This document shows positions 47,212-57,865 of a stretch of 64,000 bases of DNA, piece after piece. Source of the stretch: Selaginella moellendorffii (taxonomy: Eukaryota; Plantae; Lycopodiophyta); NCBI RefSeq assembly GCF_000143415.4, contig NW_003314306.1, forward strand, positions 337,087 through 401,086. The letters run 5' to 3'. Below the pieces are notes generated by a model, which saw only the letters and a program-made list of their open reading frames with translations, was not told the DNA's origin and did not search any database. How positions within the stretch are numbered: the first letter of the stretch is position 1; each line of letters opens with the position of its first letter. A program made the position numbers and the translations under genes.

Positions 47212-48025
47212 ATGTCTCCCGCGGCACTCGCGCCAAGCTCCAGCACCGGTCCCGATGCTGCCCGGGCCGCTCATGATCACCGCCAGCGCCAAGAAAGAAG
47301 CCAATGCATAAGGTACGTGTGCATGGCCTTGATTCTAAAAGGTGACCAATGTCTCATTCAGGAAAGGAATGTGGGTGGCGATGGATCCCTGGAGAAAGCC
47401 CCACACAAGTCTTTGGTGGCAGCCCCAAGAACTCTCATGGCGAGGACCTGGGCAACCCACTCTTCTACAGCCACCACGGTAACGTGGACCGGATGTGGAA
47501 CGTGTGGAAGACTGAAAAGCGGAAACGAGGACATCGACAACGAGCAAGCCTACAGCCGTGGCTTGAAGTTGATCCAGCTGCTTCGTTGGTTCCTGGAGCT
47601 ACTGCTATGGCGGCCAAGTATCCAGTCGTGAAATCCTCGTCCCAGAACGGGGAGCCTGTCAAAGTTGGAGCGGGCCCGCTGGCGATCACGGTGGCGCAGC
47701 CCAAAGGCAGCGCTCGGGACGAGATCCTGGTCCTGGAAGAGATGGAGATTGGGATGCCTACCTTCAACGTGTTCATCAATCTCCCTGAGGCCAACGAGAG
47801 CACCACGGTCGCCTGCGCTGAGTACGTTGGCTCCTTCAACAACATCCCCCACTTCATGCCCAGGATGACCGAGTCGAGCACCCGGACGCCCGCTTCTCCA
47901 TCAAGGAGAACGTCGAGATCTTGGGCTTGAAGGACACGGACAAGATCGTTGTCACTCTGGTGCCGCGCGGGAAGGACAAGGAGAGAGTCTTCACGTTCAA
48001 GGGGGCCAGCATCCAGGACGCTTGA
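47212..48025 (+). pseudogene. PPO: PPO pseudogene (copy 3) lacking CuA, with many deletions and frameshifts
   Basis: Transit-peptide sequence gaagccaatgc is joined directly to ataaggtacgtg, removing ~825 bp. Intron retained; broken CuB; C-terminal domain remnants. 3' flank homology extends to ~48165. Confidence 0.92.
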
Positions 48026-48188
48026 TTATCGTTGGAGCTCTAAGCCTGTGCTGTTTGATTTGATTTGCTTTCCTGTGTATTGGAAAAAGAAAACCAGAAA
48101 ACCAGCTGACATTGTAAGAATGAAATCGAAATGGTGTTACTTGATGTTTCAATAACCAATGTGAAGCTGGCGGAAGCTCTCTACTGCA

Positions 48189-49443
48189 TCAGGACGACGA
48201 TGTCTTGTAGATCCAACTGTCTAGGCAGTATCCTACCAAAAATGCTCCGGCTAAGTCGCCAACGGCCAGACCTGGTCGAACACGCACAACGAAAGGAATG
48301 TAAGCTGGAAGCGAAGAAAAGGAAGCACTCACCAATCCATGTTCCCGTGGAAGGCTTTATTAGCACAGCCCCACACCCGGCTCCAATCGATGCACACGTT
48401 AGCGATGCCACTGCCTTTAAGGAGTTCCCAGCTGTTCTTCGTGCCAAGCTGTGGAGGACATCTATCTCTTTCTTGTTCCCTTTGGCGCGGCCCGGGTTTT
48501 GCCTGTGAATGTAGATAACTCTCCCGGATCTGTAAATATCAAGAACTTCTTGGACCAGGCAACTCGCTCCAACTCCGAGAGCATGAGCTGAGAAAAAACA
48601 AGACCAAAGTAAAATCGCAACTGCTTTGAAAAAACTGTGTCTGAACCTCGGAAGGTTGTTTTCGCGACACCCGTGAATAATTCGATCTTCGTGATGTGTC
48701 TTCTGGCCTTTCTCACGGCAGACTTTGGAACGTCTGGAAGATAAAACGCGTTAGAACGAGAGCAAAGAAGCTCACACGCAAACCTTTTAAAAGCTTCCAA
48801 GCAGTCCGGGCGGAGACGACTTGCACAACAATGCGCTCCAAAACTCGCCTCACAGTGATTACAGAAACCTACAACAACAGGAAAAGAAAAACATAAGCTC
48901 TCAGGCAAAGAAAAAGAAAGAAGATGGTTTACCTCGCGGAAAGCGTGAGTCCCCGAGCGCTTGAAAGCCAGCCTGAAATCCGGAGAAGTCTCCGTGGGAC
49001 GATCCTCTTCGTCGTCCTCGTCCTCCTCGACCTTCATGTACGCCTCGAGCAGCGGGAGGAAATTCACGAGCAGCGCTCGCAACCCAGTGGTGCCAAGAGC
49101 TTTCGGCCGGAACGCCGAGAAGAGCGGCTTGAGCTCGATGTCGTAAGTCTTGAACGCATATCTCTTGCTCTCCTCGGTTCCATACGTGGGCATCCATCTC
49201 CCCAGCCAGTCGTCCTCGGACGAGTCGACTTTGGCATCGCAGAACGCCCAGTTCCTGGACAAGCGTCAGATCACGCAACCCGGCATTGAAATCTGGAAGG
49301 GCATTTCCCTAGAAGTATCGATGGAAGGTTTCTTACCTGGGAAACAGAGACGCGATCCCAGCTACCGATGAAGCGCTTAAGAGCGCGGCGGAATGCAAGG
49401 CGTTGCTCGATGAGGAGTCGAGAGCCAGCGCCAAGCCTTCCAT
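48189..49443 (-). CDS. Conserved plant protein of unknown function with C-terminal glycine-rich hydrophobic helices; about 6 exons
   Basis: Spliced model MEGLALALDSSS...LFPR|NWAFCDAK...YDIELKPLFSAFRP...|...RRVLER...TAWKLLK|DVPKSAVRKARR...KTTFR|AHALGVGA...ASIGAGCGAVLIKPSTGTWIG|LAVGDLAG...SS*, with canonical splice sites. Confidence 0.8.
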
Positions 49444-49619
49444 CGCCTAGCACGAAGAATTAGGTCACACAGACAACAAAGAACAAAGAAGCGAGTATAT
49501 TCTAGTTTTATTCTAAAGAATGGATGCCGCCGAGAGAGAGCTTCGATCTGGCGGGCCACTGGATCTTGGATCGATTGCTGCATCGTCGCGTGGGAGGAGC
49601 TGCGATCTAGAAATGCTGA

Positions 49620-50053
49620 TCAGAGGCAGATCTCGCGGAACACCGGCAGCCTGGATCTTGGAGCCATGGCGGCCGCGTTGTCGTGGAGGAGGAGCTTGGT
49701 GAGATTCATCGCCGGCGCGACGAGCGGGGGGAGCTTGACGTCGGACAGCTTAGGCGTGGCGTGGATGAATCGGCAGCGCTTGCCGTAGGGACAGGTTCCA
49801 GCCGCGGAGAATGTCCTGCAAACCTGGATTTGAAAGATTATCGATCGATCAACGAAATATCTGTGAGAGAGGAGATCGAGGAGAGCGAGATTTCTACCTC
49901 GGTCTTGTATTTCGGATGCCGATTGACTGGCCGGAGATCTTCCTTGCCGTGAGCAAACTGGCACTTGTTGCCGTAGCGACAGGAGCCCGTCTCCTCCCAC
50001 GATCGGCACAGCTCCGTCTTGTACAGCTTGCTCGCGTCCGATTCCTCGGCCAT
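49620..50053 (-). CDS. Tristetraprolin/ZFP36-type tandem CCCH zinc-finger protein with C-terminal CNOT1-binding motif, 119 aa; exons 50053-49898 and 49823-49620
   Basis: LYKTELC-x8-C-x5-C-x3-H and KYKTE|VC-x8-C-x5-C-x3-H with canonical spacing; C-terminal [10 protein letters not shown]. Confidence 0.93.
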
Positions 50054-50390
50054 CGCCTTGGCGATCGATCGATGGAGAGGACAGTGGAAATATTTCGAGC
50101 GCTCAAAACGAGCGCTCTCCCAAGAACTCCAAGAACAATGAGAGAAAGAGAACTAAAAAGAGAAATGTGAGTAAAGCCTAGAAATCTCTCGTCCTCTCGT
50201 ATTTGTACTCCCGCCAATTCCCTCTAGAAAGTTTTTAACCCCACTCATTGTCACAATGATTGCCAGGTAAGAAATCCAAAGCTTCACTAGCTTTCAAACT
50301 CAACCGTTCGCACGAATATCCCCTAAACCCCCCGTGATTATTCGCATCTTTCAACCGGCCACTGGAATATTCACCGTTAGAACCCTAAAA

Positions 50391-51470
50391 ATGCTGGTGT
50401 CTCGATTGGGCTATGGCGGGCGAGCTCTCCTCTCCAAATGCCGGCGCCTGGCGCAGGGTAAGCGCAATATCCACAACATCGACTCCTCCGACGACGATCG
50501 CGGCGGCGATCACACAGGCTTCACAGAGGACGAGGAGGAGGAAGCGCAGGAACAGGAAGAACAAGGGCGTAGGGTAGTGATCGTGTGGGATATTACGACG
50601 AGCAAGCCGCCGGTGTCGATGGATCCACAAGTAGCGGCGCTCCGGGTCAGGGATCTCGCCGACGCATTCGGCTTCGTGGTGGATCGATCGGCCTACGCGG
50701 AGCCCCGGATTCCAGTGACCGATGCCCGGCCCAGGACGTATTACGAGGAGAAACTCATGGCATCGCAGCTCAAGCCGGTGTGGTACCAGGACGTCCCCCA
50801 TCAGAGCGCCGAGGACTACGTCTACAAGTGTGGCTACTGCGGGAGAACGCTAAGCAGCCACCACTCGCTCTACAAGCACTTTAAGCAGATCCACGCCCCG
50901 GAGAGGGCCAAGCGCGTCCACAAGCTCAACCGGATCCATCGCGGGCAGCGGCGGGACGAGTACGCTCTGGCGATGGCGGACAAGGAGCAGCGATACCGCG
51001 CGGCGCTCCGAGAGATCGTCATGCCCAAGCTGGTCGTCAGCGATGAGCTTTGCAGCGCGCTCACGAGGGCGGGATTTCTCGTCCGGCTGGTGACCGAGAA
51101 GCCACTTCGCCATCTCTTCCTCACCGCCCAGGAGTCGGCCGTGATCAACCATCTCTGGCAGGCGGCCTGGCTCAACGTTGCGTGCATCGTGCTGGTGAGC
51201 GATTCGTGCCGGTTCGGGGATTTCATCCGGCTGGCCAGGGAGCAGCGCGGGGTGAAGTTCGTGGGGATCAGCGATGGATTGAGCGAGTTCCGGATGGGTG
51301 TGGATTTGTTTATCAGCTGGGAGGAGATTGAGCGCGGGCGGGGGTATGTGTGGGCGACCGAGGCTGCGCGGGCTTGGTTCTCGGGGCCTCGCTTGTTCGC
51401 GAAGAGATCGACGCTGCGAAAGAGGCAAAAGTATGGTGGCGGTGGCGAGTTTGATCCCTTTCGCGAGTGA
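50391..51470 (+). CDS. NYN-domain protein with inserted C2H2 zinc finger, likely organelle-targeted, intronless
   Basis: VVIVWD...KPP, SAYA, YKCGYCGR...LYKHFKQIH, LTRAGFLVRLV.EKP, IVLVSD...F...ARE, DLFISWEEI. Arg-rich presequence; aaccctaa directly before the ATG. Confidence 0.82.
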   Translation: MLVSRLGYGGRALLSKCRRLAQGKRNIHNIDSSDDDRGGDHTGFTEDEEEEAQEQEEQGRRVVIVWDITTSKPPVSMDPQVAALRVRDLADAFGFVVDRSAYAEPRIPVTDARPRTYYEEKLMASQLKPVWYQDVPHQSAEDYVYKCGYCGRTLSSHHSLYKHFKQIHAPERAKRVHKLNRIHRGQRRDEYALAMADKEQRYRAALREIVMPKLVVSDELCSALTRAGFLVRLVTEKPLRHLFLTAQESAVINHLWQAAWLNVACIVLVSDSCRFGDFIRLAREQRGVKFVGISDGLSEFRMGVDLFISWEEIERGRGYVWATEAARAWFSGPRLFAKRSTLRKRQKYGGGGEFDPFRE

Positions 51471-52258
51471 GAAGAGGAGTCAAGTTACTTCGATCTGGCC
51501 TGGAAGAATTGAGCTCTTAACCATTTTGTGATGAAAACAAAGCATATTCTAACTGATGCTTATCTAACGGCTTAAAGATATGTATTTTAAATTGGAATTA
51601 ATTAATTTAGAATTCAAGTATTTTAATATCTTTTAGATTATCTTGTTTATTAGTAAAAATGTTGCGATAGTCTTAGTCTAAAAATGTTGCGATAATATTT
51701 TTTTTATTTCCCAATAATTATATAAAAAAGTATTTAATATAATTTTACATTTAAATATATTCATGTATATTCTCTATATTTAACCAAAAAACATTATTAC
51801 ATAAAATAATTAACTAGTTATTTTAGTTTTCTTGTTCAGCATTATGTATAGCAAGGAAAGATATTTTTAAATTAGTAAACAATTATATAATTAACTATCT
51901 ATTTTTAATTTATAAATTATTAAATTTTAAAAATTAAAAATTACAAGATTTTAACCTTAGAAAAATAAAAACTACAATCAACACTATTTATATCTTGTTT
52001 ATTTTGTATTTATGATTGTTTGAAAGTCCTCATAAAACTTATAATAAATTTTTGTTAAGTTTAGCAAATATATAAAATATCTATTTAGTTTATAAAAGAC
52101 CAAATCAATAAAAAAAATTTGTTTCTTTTTTACAAAGTATTTAACATTTTTAAATTGTGCTTTTCACTTAAAAATAAAAATCTAAATTATTAAGTCTTAT
52201 AATTGTTAAATATAGATATACAAATTACTTATCATGTAACCATTAAAGACTATATAGA

Positions 52259-52516
52259 GTAATAAAACTTAATAAATTTATTTCTTAAAGCTACCATAGA
52301 AGTCATACATGCTTTATGGAAAAAAATATTCTACAAAAGTCAAAACCTTTTTATTTTTATTTTTCTACTTTTAGTTTTTATATATATAGGGTAATAAAAC
52401 TTAATAAATTTATTTCTTAAAGCTACCATAGAAGTCATACATGCTTTATAGAAAAAAATATTCTACAAAAGTCAAAACCTTTTTATTTTTATTTTTCTAC
52501 TTTTAGTTTTTATATA
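52259..52516. repeat. Recent 132-bp tandem duplication
   Basis: gtaataaaacttaataaatttatttcttaaagctaccatagaagtcatacatgc... at 52259 and 52391, nearly identical. Confidence 0.95.
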
Positions 52517-52653
52517 CTTTGTTGCATATTACTTTTATTATTTTTTTTAAGGTCTCTAAGTATATATGTTCCATTAAATAGAGGTTTGTTGGACACTTTT
52601 CCAAAACTTAGAGAACTAGCAACACTTGGGCAAATTTAATCATCCTACATCAT

Positions 52654-52728
52654 TATATATATATACACACAGACATACATACATACATACATATACACAC
52701 ACATATATGTATGTATGTATGTATATAT
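52654..52728. repeat. Compound (TA)n/(CATA)n/(TATG)n microsatellite, partly self-complementary
   Basis: tatatatatatacacacagacatacatacatacatacatatacacacacatatatgtatgtatgtatgtatatat. Confidence 0.9.
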
Positions 52729-52817
52729 TACCCTACCTTGGTAATACATTAATTAAAATACTATAGCATAATTTGGGATTGAATTTGATCCATAGAGTAT
52801 AAACCTTAATTAATATA

Positions 52818-53998
52818 CAATTTATCCCTAGAGGGCAAAGTTTTCTAGCAATGTTTTGCTCAATGTTTGAGATTATGTTTTTGTTTTTATTCTATCACTT
52901 TTCTTTTCTTTTCTAGATTTGCTATAGTTTTTTGCAAGATCTAGGATTATATCTTTTTGAAATGTTCTTCTTTTAATCTTTATTTTATTCTCTTCTTTTG
53001 CCATACCACATTATTATCAATCAAGGAGCATATCACTTTAGGTTGCTAATGCTATTCCATTGGATTGAATTTTTAGTGTTATAAGGTGTAATTATATTAG
53101 TGTTGCTCTAGTCTTTGATATGTACAAACTTAAATGGATTCTAGAATATGATAAGAAGATTAATTATTATAAAGATAACTTTGAAGATGAGTTGAAGATT
53201 TGACAATCTTTCAATTTGCCATTTAATGCTTTCTTTTTGCCTTACCAGCTATATTGACTTTTTACCGTGTGGCAATAAAGAGAGAATGTCCATAAAGATT
53301 GATTGACATTTTACGCTTTTCCAATCTTTTTTCTTATTTTTTATATCTAGTATTTCTTCTTTATCTACAATATTTCCTTTTTCTGACATGTTAATCATTT
53401 ATGACTTTTATAACTTTCATTCTCAATCTAGTGTTGAGCTAAATGTTTTTTATCATACTTATATTATGTGTGAAGTTTAAGAATCTTACTTTTATTTCTT
53501 TGGCGAAATCTTTGATTAGTTCTTATGTTGAGTATACCACTATTCCAAGGTTGACCACTTTTGCTAGAATTTTAGTTAAGTGTATATCCCTAATTATTAA
53601 TGTTATTAAGAGCCTTTTCTTTATTATTATTGCTAAGGAGTTTATGTGTTCTTTTTAAGAATATGGACATTTTTATTGATTTTCTTGTTTCATGTGTTGA
53701 ATAGTATTTTAAAGAGGTTAAGTGATGTGAATCTTTTATTTATATTATGATCATGCCCTACAATACCAAAAGCTTGATCCAATTGAGTAGCACGAACAGC
53801 CTCAAGTGACATATTCCTTAATCAATGATGATGTGGCATGGCAAAAGAAGAAAATGCAATAGCTATAATCCTAAACCTAGAGAAAAGTTAATATAAATCT
53901 AGATTTAAAAGAGAAAGAAACAAATAAGAATAAAAGTATGATCCCAAACACTAGAACAAAGCATTGCTAAAAATCTTTGCCCTCTTGAAACAAATTGC
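52818..53998. mobile_element. Old AT-rich dispersed repeat with degenerate inverted ends (52818-53100 vs 53740-53998)
   Basis: gagggcaaagttttctagcaatgttttgctcaatgtttgagattatg is inversely matched by atcccaaacactagaacaaagcattgctaaaaatctttgccctc; a direct homolog lies at 63110-64000. Confidence 0.6.
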
Positions 53999-55362
53999 AA
54001 TAGTTCTCAAAACCAAATTAAGTCCTCAATAAGATATAATTTTATATATTTATAGACCTGACAATACAAAACTAAAAATCTTAAAATTTATATTATATTT
54101 ATCCTTATCTTAATTTTGTTCATTTATGCACTAAAACCATGGGGAAGACATTCTTGGACATCCTTGTGGACAAGTCCTCGAAAGAAAAATCTCTCAGCCT
54201 TTCACCATCCATTTCAATTTACTTAAAGGTTCATAAATTATAAACATGTTTATAATTTGTAAACATCAGTGAATTTTGTGGTAGCAGCATTTTACTACCC
54301 GCCACAATATTTGTAGTTCATTTTTACTACCAATTACTGTAAGCTAATATATTTGTAGTACAAAATAGCTATGACTAAAGTATATTCCTATTATGCATGA
54401 ATACCTAAAAAATAAACTTAAAAACAAGATTTTAGTGATCACAACAAAGTTGACTGTTAGATACATTCTAATTTTAATAAATATAAAGTAAACTATAATT
54501 ACTGTAAATGAGATTTTATTATATAGAATAAGTAATGCGCTCATTCAAATTTGCATTTAAATTTGTCTAATGTGCATTCATAAAAAAGTTATAACTTTTT
54601 TAACCCCTTCTACATTTCTAAGTTGGAGTTGGCTTAGTTTCTGTGAAGTAGCCAGTAGCCAATCCACCAACTTGCTACATAATTTAATCAACATGTGCAG
54701 CATAGTAGTGTTACTAGGCACTCCACAACCTCACAGTGCTCATCTGAAACATCCTTACCTCGGTGTGCATCTGCAGAGGTGTTTGATCGGCTTCCTTTTT
54801 GGGATGAGAATGCTGCTATGGCTTCCTTGCCCAACAAAATTTGAGAGACAGTTTCAAGATCTCTCCTGCATGGTTGCCAAGGGCTGGGACGCTCTCAAGA
54901 ACGTTTTGTTTTTGGTTTTATGTTGAATTTCATCTCCTAAAACCTTTCTTACCTCAACTTATAGTCTTGTTTATATTATGGCGGGAGGAACCCTTGAACA
55001 CAGGTGTTTGGTGTACGAGTTCTATATCACAGATTAATATATCAACGAGAGATTTCTAAGCTCCAGGCGCAAATTTCTGCTCAAGATTTCCATAACGACT
55101 TCTTATTTCTCCCTTGTAAAAAGGAATCACTTCTTTATTAAGGATAAGATTTTTATTGTATGAAATATCTTTTTTTGAATCATCTCATGTAAGGATTTCT
55201 TTTTCCATCTGATTGTATGTGTAAGATTTCCTCCTTTTACAATCTTGTAAATTCCTATGATTCTTATATACACGTAGTTACGAAGTCATTTATTCGCCCT
55301 CTTTTCAAAATTTCACGTAAATAAGTGAAAATAAGTACTTAAAACTTCTGCTTTCGTCTCTA

Positions 55363-57276
55363 TCACGAGATGCTGCAGCCAAATTTTTGCGATCGCTCCA
55401 TGTCTTCCAGTTCCGCGATTATTTCCCGAAACGATGGCCTCTTTTTGGCATCAAAGTCCAAGCAACGAGTGAGAAGCCTGTCAATCAAAGTAGAGCACCT
55501 CTTCATAAAAAAAACTGGAGGAACGGAAAACAAAAAACGAGAGAGAGAGAAAGACCAAACTAAAGTTCTGGGCTTAACTGTTTCATATTCGTCGGATACT
55601 TTGCTGTGAAAGCTGGTTTATAGCCATGCCTGGCCCTGTCCTCCACAGCGTGAATTGGATTCTCATATCTATTCCCTACATGACCTTCAAACATCTGGAG
55701 CAAGTTGAAACAAAGTTCTCTTGGGGGATCAGGTGTGAAAATACCTCATAGACGATGAGAGCAAACGAGTAGACGTCGACGCTCTTGTCATAGGATTGAT
55801 GCTTGAACACCTCCGGCGCCATATACCTGTCTGCTTCTTCACCGTTGAGCGTAAGAACGAAACCATGTCAAGGATCTCGCCATCGAAATTAAAAGAGAAC
55901 TTACAAGATCCTGTTTCTCCGGTCATCTTGTAGACTTCGTCCACCGTAGCGCCGGAGGCTTTAACAAGCCTGCTCAATCCAAAATCGCCAACTTTCAAAT
56001 GGCCCGCGTCGTCCAGGAGTATGTTTCTGTTGGAAAGAACAAAACATCTCTAGTTTGAGTGTTTTGTTCAAGTGATAACTTACGTGGGCTTCAAGTCCCG
56101 GTGTATAACTGGCTCTGGCTTGTGCTCGTGAAGAAAATTCATGCCTCTAACGAAAGGAAAACATATAGAAATGAAGTGAGTTCATGAGTTTACCTTGCAA
56201 TGTCGAGAGCAAAATGAAGAACTTGTTTCCCGCCCAAGGAGCCTTTGCTCTTTCTTCTGAGTAGAGCTTGTAAGTCGCCCTGTGAGAAGAGGCACGCATG
56301 AGTTTCATGACAAGCAAACCACTTACTTTGGGGAGGTATTCTGTGATTATGATCAGGTTTTCTTGCTTAGTGACGGCTCCTAGAAACTGGACAATGTTTG
56401 GATGATGGAGCTTTTGCAGCAAGACGAGCTCCCTCACGAACTCTCTTCTGCAAAACCATGATATGTTGGTGTGAAACAAGGAGTTCACTCGAGCTCTCGT
56501 GTCAGCAAGCTTACACGACTTGCTTGTCCTGTAAGAGAGATGTTAAGATCGTCTTTGCAGCAACCTTTGTGCCTCGCCATTTGACCACTCGGATCTCCCC
56601 AAAAGCACCCTGTTTGAGTTTATCAAGCAAAGCAAATCTAAGCTTCCAAACAAGAATCGAAGTGACAAAACTTACTCTCCCGATGGGATCATTGTTGCCA
56701 ATCCTCTCAATCTCCCCAGGATCTATTTCGTACTCGGGTACAACTGATTCCTTGACAAAGGAAATCAAGATCACTCATGAACAAGGATAAAGAAGAACAA
56801 CAAAGAACTTACATAGTCCATGGCTTCGTGGGCCTCGAGAAGCTTGCAAATACGCATGTGTCCATAGCGTCGCGCATCAGCTAGAGGCTTCACAAGAAAA
56901 AAAAAAAAAAAACCGAAGAAATCAATCAAAAAGAGAAGAACTCATACCGTTCGTCCCCATCGATCTCTGGGGCTAAGATCGACTCCATGCTGGATGAGAA
57001 GAAGCACACAGTCGGCATGGCCCTCACTGGCAGCCAAATGTAGCGCGGTCCTCTTGTCATAGTCGGCAACGTCCTTGTTCACGCCCTCTCGCAAAGCTTG
57101 GCGGAGACCCTCTACGTCGCCACGGCTCGCGCAGTAGAGCAACTTCACCGTGTCAGCTTCCTCGCGCGACGTGATATCATGATCCTGTTCCTGGATGGCT
57201 CCCAAAGAAACAGTCAAGAAAGAAAGTTCTACATATGGACTGTTCTTCCAGTTTTAGATCTCTCTCGTACCGTCAT
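55363..57276 (-). CDS. Ankyrin-repeat Raf-like protein kinase (ILK/VIK-like), multi-exon; start codon tentative
   Basis: Ankyrin repeats LLYCASRGD...DYDKRTALHLAASEGH...DRWGRT. Kinase motifs GAFGEI, VAAK, HPNIVQFLGA, HRDLKPTN, DFG, MTGETGS, MAPE. Ends KFGCSIS*. Confidence 0.92.
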
Positions 57277-57727
57277 GTTTGACTTTGGAAGAGCTCAATC
57301 CATGCGCGAGCAGGCGTGTGGATCCGGATCCATTCTCTTCCTTCCCTGTAACACATGCATGAACCCCAAATCTTTGCGGAAGAAAAAATGCGCGATCGAC
57401 CTGGACGATCGAGAAAAGGATGAGAAGCTCAAGAGCCAACCTTGAATCGATTGAGCTGCGCTCCTCAAGGAGAGGTGTCCCAAATCGTCATCCACAATCG
57501 CGGTTACCGAGAAGCCCTGGATAAAAATCCTTCCAGCTTGAGCTGGTCCGCCGGTTTTAGCACCCTTCGATCGTGGCTTGTCCTGTCCCTTAGCGCGCAG
57601 TGAAAGAAGAGAGAATATCTGGGCATCTTGCCACCACGCGTACGCTCACAATAGGCCTTCCGTACGCTGGATCCAGTGGGACAAAACCCTATCGATGATC
57701 CCGAAGATCCATTTGGAGGGAATCCAA

Positions 57728-57827
57728 NNNNNNNNNNNNNNNNNNNNNNNNNNNNNNNNNNNNNNNNNNNNNNNNNNNNNNNNNNNNNNNNNNNNNNNNN
57801 NNNNNNNNNNNNNNNNNNNNNNNNNNN
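57728..57827. other. Assembly gap (100 N)
   Basis: Run of N; ORFs in the track that span it are artefacts. Confidence 1.
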
Positions 57828-57865
57828 GGTATCAAATATTGAATTTAGGGTTCTTCCGGGGTTTG

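Noticed and set aside
54770-54900. Possible PPR remnant (AEVFDRLPFWD)
   Set aside because: A single short motif is too weak to call
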